Shown piece by piece: positions 19,889-28,129 of a stretch of DNA of 64,000 nt. Below the pieces are notes generated by a model that was not told where the DNA came from, made no database searches, and worked only from the letters and a program-made list of their open reading frames with translations. Source of the stretch: Deltaproteobacteria bacterium. GTDB taxonomy: Bacteria > Myxococcota_A > Polyangia > Polyangiales > Houyiibacteriaceae. The stretch spans positions 128,001 to 192,000 of the forward strand of contig JAXMNT010000007.1 in the NCBI GenBank assembly GCA_034670305.1, in the 5' to 3' direction. Each line of letters begins with the position of its first letter. Positions within the stretch are counted from its first letter, which is position 1. Position numbers and translations under genes: made by a program.

Positions 19889-21349
19889 ATGGCCCAGCAG
19901 CAACCAGGACAAGGCGGACAAAAGGGACGCCCCGGCGCGATGACGATGGCCATGCAGGCCGTCTCCGTGAAGCAGTCCGGCCCCAAAGTCCTCCGAATCG
20001 GCCTCATCCAAGACGGCAAGATCGTCGAAGAGCGGGTGATCCGCCGTCGCGAGACGGTCTCGGTGGGAACCTCCGAGAAGAACCACTTCATCGTGACCGC
20101 GGACGGACTCCCCGCCCGGTTCGATCTCTTCCAGATCGTGGGCAACGAGTACATCCTGAACTTCACCGCCGAGATGGGCGGACGGGTGGGCCTCCCTGGC
20201 GGTGCGGGCGTGCAGAAGCTCGATCAGCTCCGCAGCTCGGGCGGCGCCCGCAACGCCGGCAAGTACTGGCAGATCAAGCTGAGCGATTCGTCCCGCGGCA
20301 AGATCGAGATCGGCAACGTCACGTTGCTGTTCCAGTTCGTCGAGCCGCCTCCCGTCACCCCGCGGCCGCAGCTTCCAGCCGCTGCCCGTGGTGGCTTCGT
20401 CGCCGGCATCGACTGGCTCTTCACCGCGTTCGTCGTCTTCTCCTACATGACGTTCTTCGGATTCGTCATCTACCTCGAGAACGCCGACTGGCCGATTCAG
20501 CAGGGACTCGCCGCGATGCCGGAGAGCCTCGCGCGACTCATCTTCGAAGAACCGCAGCCTCCGCCGGAGCCGGTCGAGCAAGAGCCGACCGAGGAGCCGA
20601 CCGAGGAGCCGACCGAGGACGCGCCGGAAGTCGCCGACAACTCGAGCAACAACTCCGAAGACACGAGCGACAGCTCCAGCAACTCCGACCCGAGCACCAA
20701 CGCAGAAGCACGCGCACGGATCGCCGACGAAGTCGCGCAGAACGCCGAAGCACTCATCCTTGGCGCGCTCGGTGACAGCGGCGCACTCGCCGACGTCCTC
20801 GCGTCCGGCGCGGTGACCGGCAACGCGGAAGCGGTCCTCGCCGAAGCCAGCGGCGTCGCCACGGCGAGCAGCAGCGAAGGCGGCAACCTCCGAACGCGGT
20901 CCGGCGGCCAGGGCTCCGGCGAAGCCGGCATGCTCGGCAACCTCCGAGCCGGCATGGGCGGCACCGCAGCGATGGAAGGCACGACCGTCATGGAACGTGT
21001 CGTCCGTGGATCGCTGCGACTCGACAACGGCGGTGGCGACACCGGCGGCTCGGGCGACTTCGACTCGGCGCTCGTCGTTCGACAGATTCGCGCCCGACTG
21101 CGCGCCATCCAGCGTTGCTACGAGAACGAACTCCGTCGGAACCCGACCCTCCAAGGCAAGGTCACCGTGCAGTTCACCATCCAGGAACGCGGCAACGTGA
21201 CTGGCACGCGTGCCACGGAGAACACGACCGGCAGCCCGGCCGTCGCGGCCTGTGTCGTGAGCACCGTCGGACGCTTCCGCTTCAACCCGGGCCCCGACGG
21301 CGGCAGCGTCAACTACAGCTACCCGTTCGTCTTCGCTCCGCAGAACTAG
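19889..21349 (+). CDS. GltG/AgmX-PglI-type protein (FHA-like N-terminus, TM, Pro/acidic linker, TonB-C-like domain)
   Basis: RBS GAGGAG before ATG 19889, single TM, EPTE repeats, C-terminal 'AIQRCYENELRRNPTLQGKVTVQFTI...ACVV...YPFVF'. Confidence 0.85.
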   Translation: MAQQQPGQGGQKGRPGAMTMAMQAVSVKQSGPKVLRIGLIQDGKIVEERVIRRRETVSVGTSEKNHFIVTADGLPARFDLFQIVGNEYILNFTAEMGGRVGLPGGAGVQKLDQLRSSGGARNAGKYWQIKLSDSSRGKIEIGNVTLLFQFVEPPPVTPRPQLPAAARGGFVAGIDWLFTAFVVFSYMTFFGFVIYLENADWPIQQGLAAMPESLARLIFEEPQPPPEPVEQEPTEEPTEEPTEDAPEVADNSSNNSEDTSDSSSNSDPSTNAEARARIADEVAQNAEALILGALGDSGALADVLASGAVTGNAEAVLAEASGVATASSSEGGNLRTRSGGQGSGEAGMLGNLRAGMGGTAAMEGTTVMERVVRGSLRLDNGGGDTGGSGDFDSALVVRQIRARLRAIQRCYENELRRNPTLQGKVTVQFTIQERGNVTGTRATENTTGSPAVAACVVSTVGRFRFNPGPDGGSVNYSYPFVFAPQN

Positions 21350-21386
21350 GATCGCTCGGGGCCGTCGTGGCCCCGCGTGAAGACGC

Positions 21387-22505
21387 TTGCGTCTCCTCCA
21401 CGTACTGACCGTCCCAATCAGCCTCCGCTTCTTGCGGGGGCAGATTCAATTCATGGCGGACCGCGGCTACGACGTGCACGTCGTCACGTCGCCAGGAGCG
21501 TTGGCCACCGACTTCAGTCGAACCGAACCCGCGACCATGCACGCGGTCGAGATGACCCGGCAAGTCAGCCCCATCGCCGATCAGCGTGCGCTGCGTGAGC
21601 TCCGGAAGTTGATGCTTCGGCTGCGACCCGATGTGGTGCATGCAGGCACGCCGAAGGGCGGCTTGCTCGGCATGATCGCCGCCGCCGCCACGCGCGTTCC
21701 CCGCCGCATCTACCACGTGCGCGGCTTGCCCCTCCTCACCGCCGCCGGCCGACTTCGAACCGTGCTGCGCGCCACCGAATCCGTGGCGTGCCTCTGCGCG
21801 CACGACGTCGTGACCGTGAGTGCGTCGCTCGCAGACGCCATGCGGGCGAGCGCAATCGCCGGCGCCGGCCGGGCTCGGGTGCTCGCGTCCGGAAGCAGCA
21901 ACGGCGTCGACACGGAGCGGTTCGTCCCAGGCCGATCGAAGCTCGAGGCCCGGGTCGAACTCGGTCTTCCAGAACATGCCGAGATCGTGGCCTGCGTCGG
22001 ACGGCTCGTGCGCGACAAGGGCATCGAGGAGTTGCTGGAAGCGTGGCGGTCGCTGCGCCGAGAGGGAAGGGTGCTGTTCTTGGTCGGCCCGGTGGAAGAG
22101 CGGGATCCGCTCGGCGACTCGGTCTTGCAAGAGATCGAGAAAGACCCGTCGATCGTTCATCTCCCGTTCACCGAAGACATGCCCACCGTCTACGCCGCGT
22201 CTGATCTCGTGGTCCTGCCGTCCCGCCGCGAAGGGTTCCCGAACGTGCCACTCGAAGCGGCGGCCATGGCGCTCCCCGTCGTGACGACCGACGCCGTGGG
22301 ATGCGTCGACTCGGTGGTGCCGAACCAGACCGGCGCGGTCGTGTCCGTCCAGCACCCACAGGAACTCGAACGTGCGATGCGCACCTACCTCGACGACCCC
22401 GAGCTGCGCCTCCGGCATGGCCAAGCGGGCAGAGCGCGCGTGCTCGAGGAGTTCGCCCCCCACCGCATCTGGTCTGCGCTGGACGGCCTCTACCGCGAGG
22501 GCTGA
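21387..22505 (+). CDS. GT4 glycosyltransferase (CapM/PglA-like)
   Basis: 'HAGTPKGGLLG', 'GRLVRDKG', 'REGFPNVPLEA' (EX7E). Confidence 0.9.
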   Translation: MRLLHVLTVPISLRFLRGQIQFMADRGYDVHVVTSPGALATDFSRTEPATMHAVEMTRQVSPIADQRALRELRKLMLRLRPDVVHAGTPKGGLLGMIAAAATRVPRRIYHVRGLPLLTAAGRLRTVLRATESVACLCAHDVVTVSASLADAMRASAIAGAGRARVLASGSSNGVDTERFVPGRSKLEARVELGLPEHAEIVACVGRLVRDKGIEELLEAWRSLRREGRVLFLVGPVEERDPLGDSVLQEIEKDPSIVHLPFTEDMPTVYAASDLVVLPSRREGFPNVPLEAAAMALPVVTTDAVGCVDSVVPNQTGAVVSVQHPQELERAMRTYLDDPELRLRHGQAGRARVLEEFAPHRIWSALDGLYREG

Positions 22506-22606
22506 TTTCGGCCCACGAAATGAACTGCGCCGGGGGGCCAGGCAACCCATGCGCAGACCACAAATTACCCCGCGATTCTGCTGGGCTACCCCACTCGAAG
22601 GTTCCG

Positions 22607-22634
22607 TTGACACGGTGGGTCTCGCCGGTATACT
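22607..22634 (+). promoter_or_regulatory. sigma70 promoter
   Basis: TTGACA-N16-TATACT, followed by GGAGG and ATG 22659. Confidence 0.7.
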
Positions 22635-22658
22635 CGCGCCAAGTTGGAGGGGACTTCC

Positions 22659-23249
22659 ATGTCACGACACCTGCGCCTTATCTATGGGCTGGTGGCTGTT
22701 TTTGCGCTCGTATCGGGCGGGTTCGGCTATGCCGTAGCCCAGGGTTCTGAGGACGGCGACGACGCCGAAGGCACCGCGGATGGTGAGATCGACGCCCAGC
22801 GTCGCTCCAACCTCGGTCCAGAAGAACAACGCGAAGAGGCGACCAAGATTCAGCAGCGGGGCGGCGATTTGAGCCGGCGTGTTGCTTCGATGCTCGATGA
22901 GGCCCGCCAAGAAGGCGACATCATCCGAGTGACGTGCGTCAACGACAAGCTCACTCAGGTCAACGCGAACCTCCGAACCCTCGAGCAGCGCGTCAGCCAG
23001 TTCGACGACGCCGTCGAGTCCCGGGACAACGGTCGTCGCAACCACGAGTTCACCGTCATCATCGTGCTGGGCCAAAAGTTCATCGTCCTCGACCGCGAAG
23101 CCGCCCAGTGCATCGGCCAAGACATCTTCGACACCGGCGCCACGACCGTGACGACCGAAATCGACCCCGACAACCCCAGCGAAGACCCCACCATCATCAT
23201 CCCCGCTGGGTCACCCGTCATCCCCTTCGTGCCGCCGCCGGCATCCTGA
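22659..23249 (+). CDS. exported helical hypothetical protein, first gene of beta-barrel/OPX operon
   Basis: Signal peptide (AVA-QG), coiled-coil core with two Cys, Pro-rich tail, strong RBS. Confidence 0.8.
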   Translation: MSRHLRLIYGLVAVFALVSGGFGYAVAQGSEDGDDAEGTADGEIDAQRRSNLGPEEQREEATKIQQRGGDLSRRVASMLDEARQEGDIIRVTCVNDKLTQVNANLRTLEQRVSQFDDAVESRDNGRRNHEFTVIIVLGQKFIVLDREAAQCIGQDIFDTGATTVTTEIDPDNPSEDPTIIIPAGSPVIPFVPPPAS

Positions 23250-23276
23250 CCCGACTTCCGCCGGACAAAGAGACTC

Positions 23277-24614
23277 ATGCTTCGTTGGATTTCCGCGGCC
23301 CTTGTTGTCGCGCTGTTTGCACCGTCGATCGTTCAAGCGCAGGGCGCCTGGGGCCCGAGCTGGCTCGTTGACCGATCCCGCCGAGAAGGCCCTGGTTTCC
23401 AGCTTGGCAGCCTGGAACTCCACCCGGGGCTGGGTGTGGAGGCGGGGTACGACTCCAACGTCTTCTTGGACGACTCGGGTGGGCCGGTCGATCTGACCAG
23501 TAGCGCCATCATTCGGATCACTCCTCATCTGGACATCTCCACGTCCAATACCCAGCGCGAGCAGGAGGGAGAGACCTCTGGAACAGTCGCGCCGAAACTG
23601 GAGTTTCGCGCGGGCATTTCGGGCGAACTCTACATCTTTCTCGCGGACGAAGCGCGAAACAACGTCGGGTTGAACGGCAACCTGGACCTCAACGTGTTTC
23701 CAAAGGGCCGGTTCGGCTTTCGGCTTACAAATGATTTCCAGCGCCGAGTTCGTCCTTTCGCGGGTCGACAGTCGGGCGGAAACTTCGCCATTGATACCAA
23801 CCAGGCTGGACTTCGTTTCACAGGACGGAGTCGGGGCGGCAATCTGAGCGCAGGGTTGGGTTACACGTTTGGAATCCAGCACTTTGAGAACACAAACTTC
23901 AGGTACCTGGACAACTTCCAGCACCAGTTCTCCGCGGATACCCACTGGCGATTCTTCCCCAACACGTCGTTGTTCTGGGACGGCAACCTTACTTTCACGG
24001 ACTACCGAAACGCAGGGTCAGCCGTGGCGCTCAATCTGTCGAACACGTACCGTCTCTCAACCCGAGTCGGCCTCAACGGCGTGGTTACACCGAAGTTCTC
24101 CATGACGGCCGCGGTAGGGTATGGCGCTGTCTTCGTGGCAGACGATTCGCTGGGGGAACAAGAGACCCTGATTGCCTCGCTTGGGCTCCGATTCCGCCCT
24201 ACGGCGACCACCCAGATCGGTCTTGGATATGACCGAATCACCGACGGCTCGTTGGTTGGAAACTTTCAAACATCTGACCGCCTTCACGCGAAACTTCAGT
24301 GGTTGATGGGCGGATCCTTCCTGCTCGCGTTCGACTCCTCCCTTGCGTTCATCAACTTCGGTGACGTGGTCGACTCAACGGGCATGCCAATCTCGGTAGA
24401 TGGTTCGACTGACCGCAAAGACATTATGCTGACGATGCAGCTCTTCGCTGAGTATCGTTTCACGAGCTACCTAGGGGTCAACCTGACCTTCGGTTACACG
24501 GGCAACTACACCGACTTCGAGTACCAGCTCGATATCGCGGGAATGGGAACCGTTCCTGACCCGGCGAGTTTCAACAAGTTCGACGCATGGCTCGGCGTTC
24601 GCATCTTCTACTAG
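23277..24614 (+). CDS. outer-membrane beta-barrel polysaccharide translocon (Wzp/EpsX-like)
   Basis: Signal peptide, 'GYDSNVF', alternating amphipathic strands, C-terminal aromatic 'GVRIFY'. Adjacent to OPX. Confidence 0.75.
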   Translation: MLRWISAALVVALFAPSIVQAQGAWGPSWLVDRSRREGPGFQLGSLELHPGLGVEAGYDSNVFLDDSGGPVDLTSSAIIRITPHLDISTSNTQREQEGETSGTVAPKLEFRAGISGELYIFLADEARNNVGLNGNLDLNVFPKGRFGFRLTNDFQRRVRPFAGRQSGGNFAIDTNQAGLRFTGRSRGGNLSAGLGYTFGIQHFENTNFRYLDNFQHQFSADTHWRFFPNTSLFWDGNLTFTDYRNAGSAVALNLSNTYRLSTRVGLNGVVTPKFSMTAAVGYGAVFVADDSLGEQETLIASLGLRFRPTATTQIGLGYDRITDGSLVGNFQTSDRLHAKLQWLMGGSFLLAFDSSLAFINFGDVVDSTGMPISVDGSTDRKDIMLTMQLFAEYRFTSYLGVNLTFGYTGNYTDFEYQLDIAGMGTVPDPASFNKFDAWLGVRIFY

Positions 24615-25177
24615 CGGCGGTCTTGGTGACTGGCTGTGGTGGGACAATTCGCGTTCCGCCGGACATTCAAGAGACCGAGCGGCAGGCCCAGACCCTTGGA
24701 CCCGGCGACGTGTTTGCGGTTCGGGTATTCGGGGAGGAAGAGCTCTCCGCCCAATACCGAGTCGACTCGGATGGGTCCATCGACTTCCCCTTCCTCGGAC
24801 GGGTCGAAGTCTCAGGAACCGACCCGCGCGAAGTGGCCACTCGAATCTCGGAGGGTCTGGTCGCCGCGAATGTGATGGTCGCGCCGGAAGTCACTGTCTT
24901 CGTAGAAGAGAGCAACTCCTTGCGAGTTAGCGTGGTTGGCGCTGTTGCGCGGCCTGGAACGTTCCCTGCGGCTCCTGGACTGACAGTGGTGCAGGCCATC
25001 TCCATGGCGGGTGGTTTCACCGCGTTGGCTAGCCAGAACGACACGGTGTTGACCCGGCGCGTGGAATCGGGGGTTCGAAGGTTCAGTGTCCCCGCCAAAC
25101 GAATCAGTGAGGGGCGCGAGAACGACGTCCCGCTGCAGGGCGGAGACATCGTCTATGTTCCTGCCCGCGTCTTCTAG
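24587..25177 (+). CDS. wza: short OPX polysaccharide export lipoprotein (Poly_export + one SLBB)
   Basis: Lipobox LVTG-C, 'LGPGD...V.VFGE..LS..YRVDSDGSIDFPFLG', 'LQGGDIVYVP'. Lacks the C-terminal OM helix. Confidence 0.9.
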   Translation: MARRSHLLLAAVLVTGCGGTIRVPPDIQETERQAQTLGPGDVFAVRVFGEEELSAQYRVDSDGSIDFPFLGRVEVSGTDPREVATRISEGLVAANVMVAPEVTVFVEESNSLRVSVVGAVARPGTFPAAPGLTVVQAISMAGGFTALASQNDTVLTRRVESGVRRFSVPAKRISEGRENDVPLQGGDIVYVPARVF

Positions 25178-25234
25178 ACTTCTAGACACGAACCACTGGA
25201 CACGTTCGTTGGTGCCAGCCAACGCAGGCTCGTA

Positions 25235-25900
25235 TCAGATCGGGATTACGCCCCTAGCCTTCGAGATCAAGTATCGAATCGAGGCGTAGCCAGAGTCGAG
25301 GGTCCGCCGTACCCGGACTCGTGGCGGCGAGGTGGGCCTGGTCTTCTCGAGTACGCAGATTCGGTGCGACGATTCGAGCACCCCGCGTATCTGGAACGCT
25401 TCGCCGAAAGCGGCCAACCAGTTCTTGACGGACTGTTGCTCTGGCCCTCTGCGGTAGTCGTCCAGGTACACCCGCCCCCCCACTCGCAGCACCTGGTGGG
25501 TTTGATAGAGGCACGCCTCTCGTCCCCGGCGCGTCCAATAGGGCGGGCCATCAATGAACACCGCATCGGCCTCTCGCGGTAGCGGACGGGGCGCGTAGGA
25601 AAGGAACAAGGCCCCCCCGTGCACTTGCCACTCAAGGGGGGCGGCCACGACATGAACCTTTGCCGGTCCGCCATGCTCAGCAACCGCCTGTGCCGTCTCC
25701 TGGGCAAACGTTGGATGGCTTTCGCGGGACCAAATCTCCGCGTCCGGAAAGTCGTGGCTCAGATGGATGGTCGACGTACCGGCACCGAACTCGACGATGC
25801 GTTTGGCTCCGAGTTCTCGCAGGTCGGCCCGAAGCAAGTCGTAACCAACATCCCCAAGACTCCACCCAGAAGAGAACGGCGCGACCGCTGACAAGTCCAT
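25235..25900 (-). CDS. class I SAM-dependent methyltransferase
   Basis: 'IVEFGAGTST', 'VFIDGPP', 'GGRVYLDD'. Confidence 0.75.
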   Translation of the reverse strand: MDLSAVAPFSSGWSLGDVGYDLLRADLRELGAKRIVEFGAGTSTIHLSHDFPDAEIWSRESHPTFAQETAQAVAEHGGPAKVHVVAAPLEWQVHGGALFLSYAPRPLPREADAVFIDGPPYWTRRGREACLYQTHQVLRVGGRVYLDDYRRGPEQQSVKNWLAAFGEAFQIRGVLESSHRICVLEKTRPTSPPRVRVRRTLDSGYASIRYLISKARGVIPI

Positions 25901-25942
25901 GAGGAACGGTAGCGCGCGGGGGCTGGGTGTCCAGAGAACCGG

Positions 25943-28129
25943 CTACTCAGCGGCGGCGCTGTCCACGTCATCCGACGCGTAGTATTCGCCGTACCGACGG
26001 TAGTAGTAGCCCTGGCCGTACTCGGCACTGGAGATGTCCAAGTTGTTGAGCACAGCGCCCAGGATCTTGGCCCCCACGTCGTTGAGCTGACGGATCGTCG
26101 AGCGAAGGGCATCCCGTGTCGTCTGCCCCGCCTGAACAACGACGATCGTCCCATCCACCTGAGGGCTCAGGATGGCTGCATCGGTCACGGCGCCGAGGGG
26201 CGGGCTGTCGAAAATGACGCAGTCGTACTCCTGGCGGGCACGCTCCAGAAGTTCGTTGAACCGCGGCGAGTGAAGCAGTTCAGACGGGTTCGGTGGGACC
26301 GGACCCGCTGGTAGCACGAACAGTCCCGGTACCTCCGAAGCCACCACGCAGCCTTTGAGGTCTGTGGCACCCACGACGACGGACGTGACCCCTGGGTCCT
26401 TGGAGATTCCGAACACTGCGTGGACCCTCGGCCTCCTCAAATCGGTGTCGACCAAGAGAACTCGCTTGCCGCTTTGGGCAATCGACGCGGCGAGGTTGGA
26501 GGCGACCGTGGTCTTCCCTTCGCGGGGGTTGGTGGATGTCACCACGAACACCTTGGCCGTCTTCGCTCCGACCGACATGAACATCAGGTTGGTCCGCAAG
26601 GTTCGACAACACTCTGCTGCAGTCGACATGGGGTGGGCGTGGACGAAGAGCTCTGTCTCGTCCACGGCCTCGAGCCGGCGGGCCCGTCGTTTGCTACCGG
26701 CTTCTTTGCGCCCCTCGAGCTTTGGCACGACGCCCAGGATGGTCACGCCCATCTCCTCGACCGCCTCGGGTGACCGCAGGCGCCGGTCGAGGAACCGCAT
26801 CGCGACGATGATCAGGATGCCCAGCGCGAGCCCACCAAGCGTCCCACCTATCGCGTTCAGGGTGTTGTTCGGAGACACTGGGTATTGAGGGAGAACTGCG
26901 CGGTCCACTATCCGGACATGGGTGGTGCGGAGCATCCGTGTCAGATCGGTCTCGGTCGTCCGCTGAAGAACGACCTCATAGAGCTTGGCCTTGTTCTCCA
27001 TCTGCCGGTTCAACCGCTGGTATTCGATCTCTCGGAGGTTGAGTTCCAGTCCGGCTGCTCGCGCGTCGTCAAGCGCGCTTCGCAATCCGCCCTCGATCGA
27101 CCGCATCTCTCGCAGGTCGGCCTCCGCGCTCGTCACAATGGAGGACACCTCCCCACCCAGCTGTTCCTGGAGGGCGGCCACTTGCGCCTCAACGGCCTGC
27201 ATCTGGGGGTGTGCGTTGCCGTATCGGGCAGCGAGCTCCTGGCGCTCCGCCAGCTTCTCCCGCAGCGTGCTTCGCAACACCTGGAGTCCGGAGCGCTCAT
27301 CGAACACAGTCCCGCTGGCATCCAACACGTCCTGCCCTAGAACTGCGCGAACGCGATTGACTCGAGCGGTGATCGCGATCCGTCTTTGGCTCGCTTCGGT
27401 CAGAGCCTGGTTGAAGCTGCGAATCTCTGCCGCGACCAAGTTCTGCTGGTCCTCCATCGAGAGCGAAAGGACGTTGTGTTCCTCCTTGAAGCTATGGAGC
27501 GCCATTTCGGAGTCTTCCAACTCTCCCCGAAGAGTATCCAGCTGGTCCCCGAGCCACTCCAGCGCACTGACAGTGGACCCCATGCGATCCTCCATCGTTT
27601 TCTCGATGTAGGCGTCTGCAAACGCGTCGGCAATCGCCTTGGCGCGCTCCGGGTCCTCATCGCGAACGACGAGGTTCACCAAGCGCGTATCCTTGACTTG
27701 CAAGACCGTCAGGTGCTGGAGAACCAGGCGGGCCGTTTCATCCACACTCCGCGGCTGAAAAGTCTGCGGGTCTGCATGGAAGAACGCAGGGTCTTGGTGA
27801 ACCCCGAGACGCGAGACGACCCGCTCTGCGAGGCTTCTGCTTGCGATGATCCGGTTCTGAGTCGCGAAGAACTCACGGGAGGACCAGAACTGACCGATTG
27901 GGTCAGCGACGTCCTGGACGTCCTGTCCAAGCGGGCGGATGGGGTTGGGGTCGTATTCGATCGTGGTGGTGGCCTCGAACGACCGAGGTTGGCGGACGGT
28001 CCAGGCCGTGGCGGCTGCACCTGCAGCCAGCGTGCAGACCAGCAGAAGCCACCGATACCGCCACAACAGGCGCGGGTACGTGCGGAGGTCGAAATCCTTG
28101 GCCGCAGGTTTGGTCGGTTCTTCTGTCAC
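25943..28129 (-). CDS. wzc: polysaccharide co-polymerase with fused BY tyrosine kinase
   Basis: Two TMs flanking a coiled coil, Walker A 'PREGKT', A' 'VDTDLRRP', B 'IFDSPP', Tyr cluster 'YGQGYYYRRYGEYY'. Confidence 0.95.
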   Translation of the reverse strand: MTEEPTKPAAKDFDLRTYPRLLWRYRWLLLVCTLAAGAAATAWTVRQPRSFEATTTIEYDPNPIRPLGQDVQDVADPIGQFWSSREFFATQNRIIASRSLAERVVSRLGVHQDPAFFHADPQTFQPRSVDETARLVLQHLTVLQVKDTRLVNLVVRDEDPERAKAIADAFADAYIEKTMEDRMGSTVSALEWLGDQLDTLRGELEDSEMALHSFKEEHNVLSLSMEDQQNLVAAEIRSFNQALTEASQRRIAITARVNRVRAVLGQDVLDASGTVFDERSGLQVLRSTLREKLAERQELAARYGNAHPQMQAVEAQVAALQEQLGGEVSSIVTSAEADLREMRSIEGGLRSALDDARAAGLELNLREIEYQRLNRQMENKAKLYEVVLQRTTETDLTRMLRTTHVRIVDRAVLPQYPVSPNNTLNAIGGTLGGLALGILIIVAMRFLDRRLRSPEAVEEMGVTILGVVPKLEGRKEAGSKRRARRLEAVDETELFVHAHPMSTAAECCRTLRTNLMFMSVGAKTAKVFVVTSTNPREGKTTVASNLAASIAQSGKRVLLVDTDLRRPRVHAVFGISKDPGVTSVVVGATDLKGCVVASEVPGLFVLPAGPVPPNPSELLHSPRFNELLERARQEYDCVIFDSPPLGAVTDAAILSPQVDGTIVVVQAGQTTRDALRSTIRQLNDVGAKILGAVLNNLDISSAEYGQGYYYRRYGEYYASDDVDSAAAE

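Noticed and set aside
20583-20618. 12-bp repeats (EPTE)x3, and similar DGTV, EVEP and GT repeats in other linkers
   Set aside because: Ordinary low-complexity protein linkers, not independent elements.
25905-25920. ops/JUMPstart-like ACGGTAGCGCG
   Set aside because: Imperfect match, on the strand opposite to the surrounding genes, and not in a leader.
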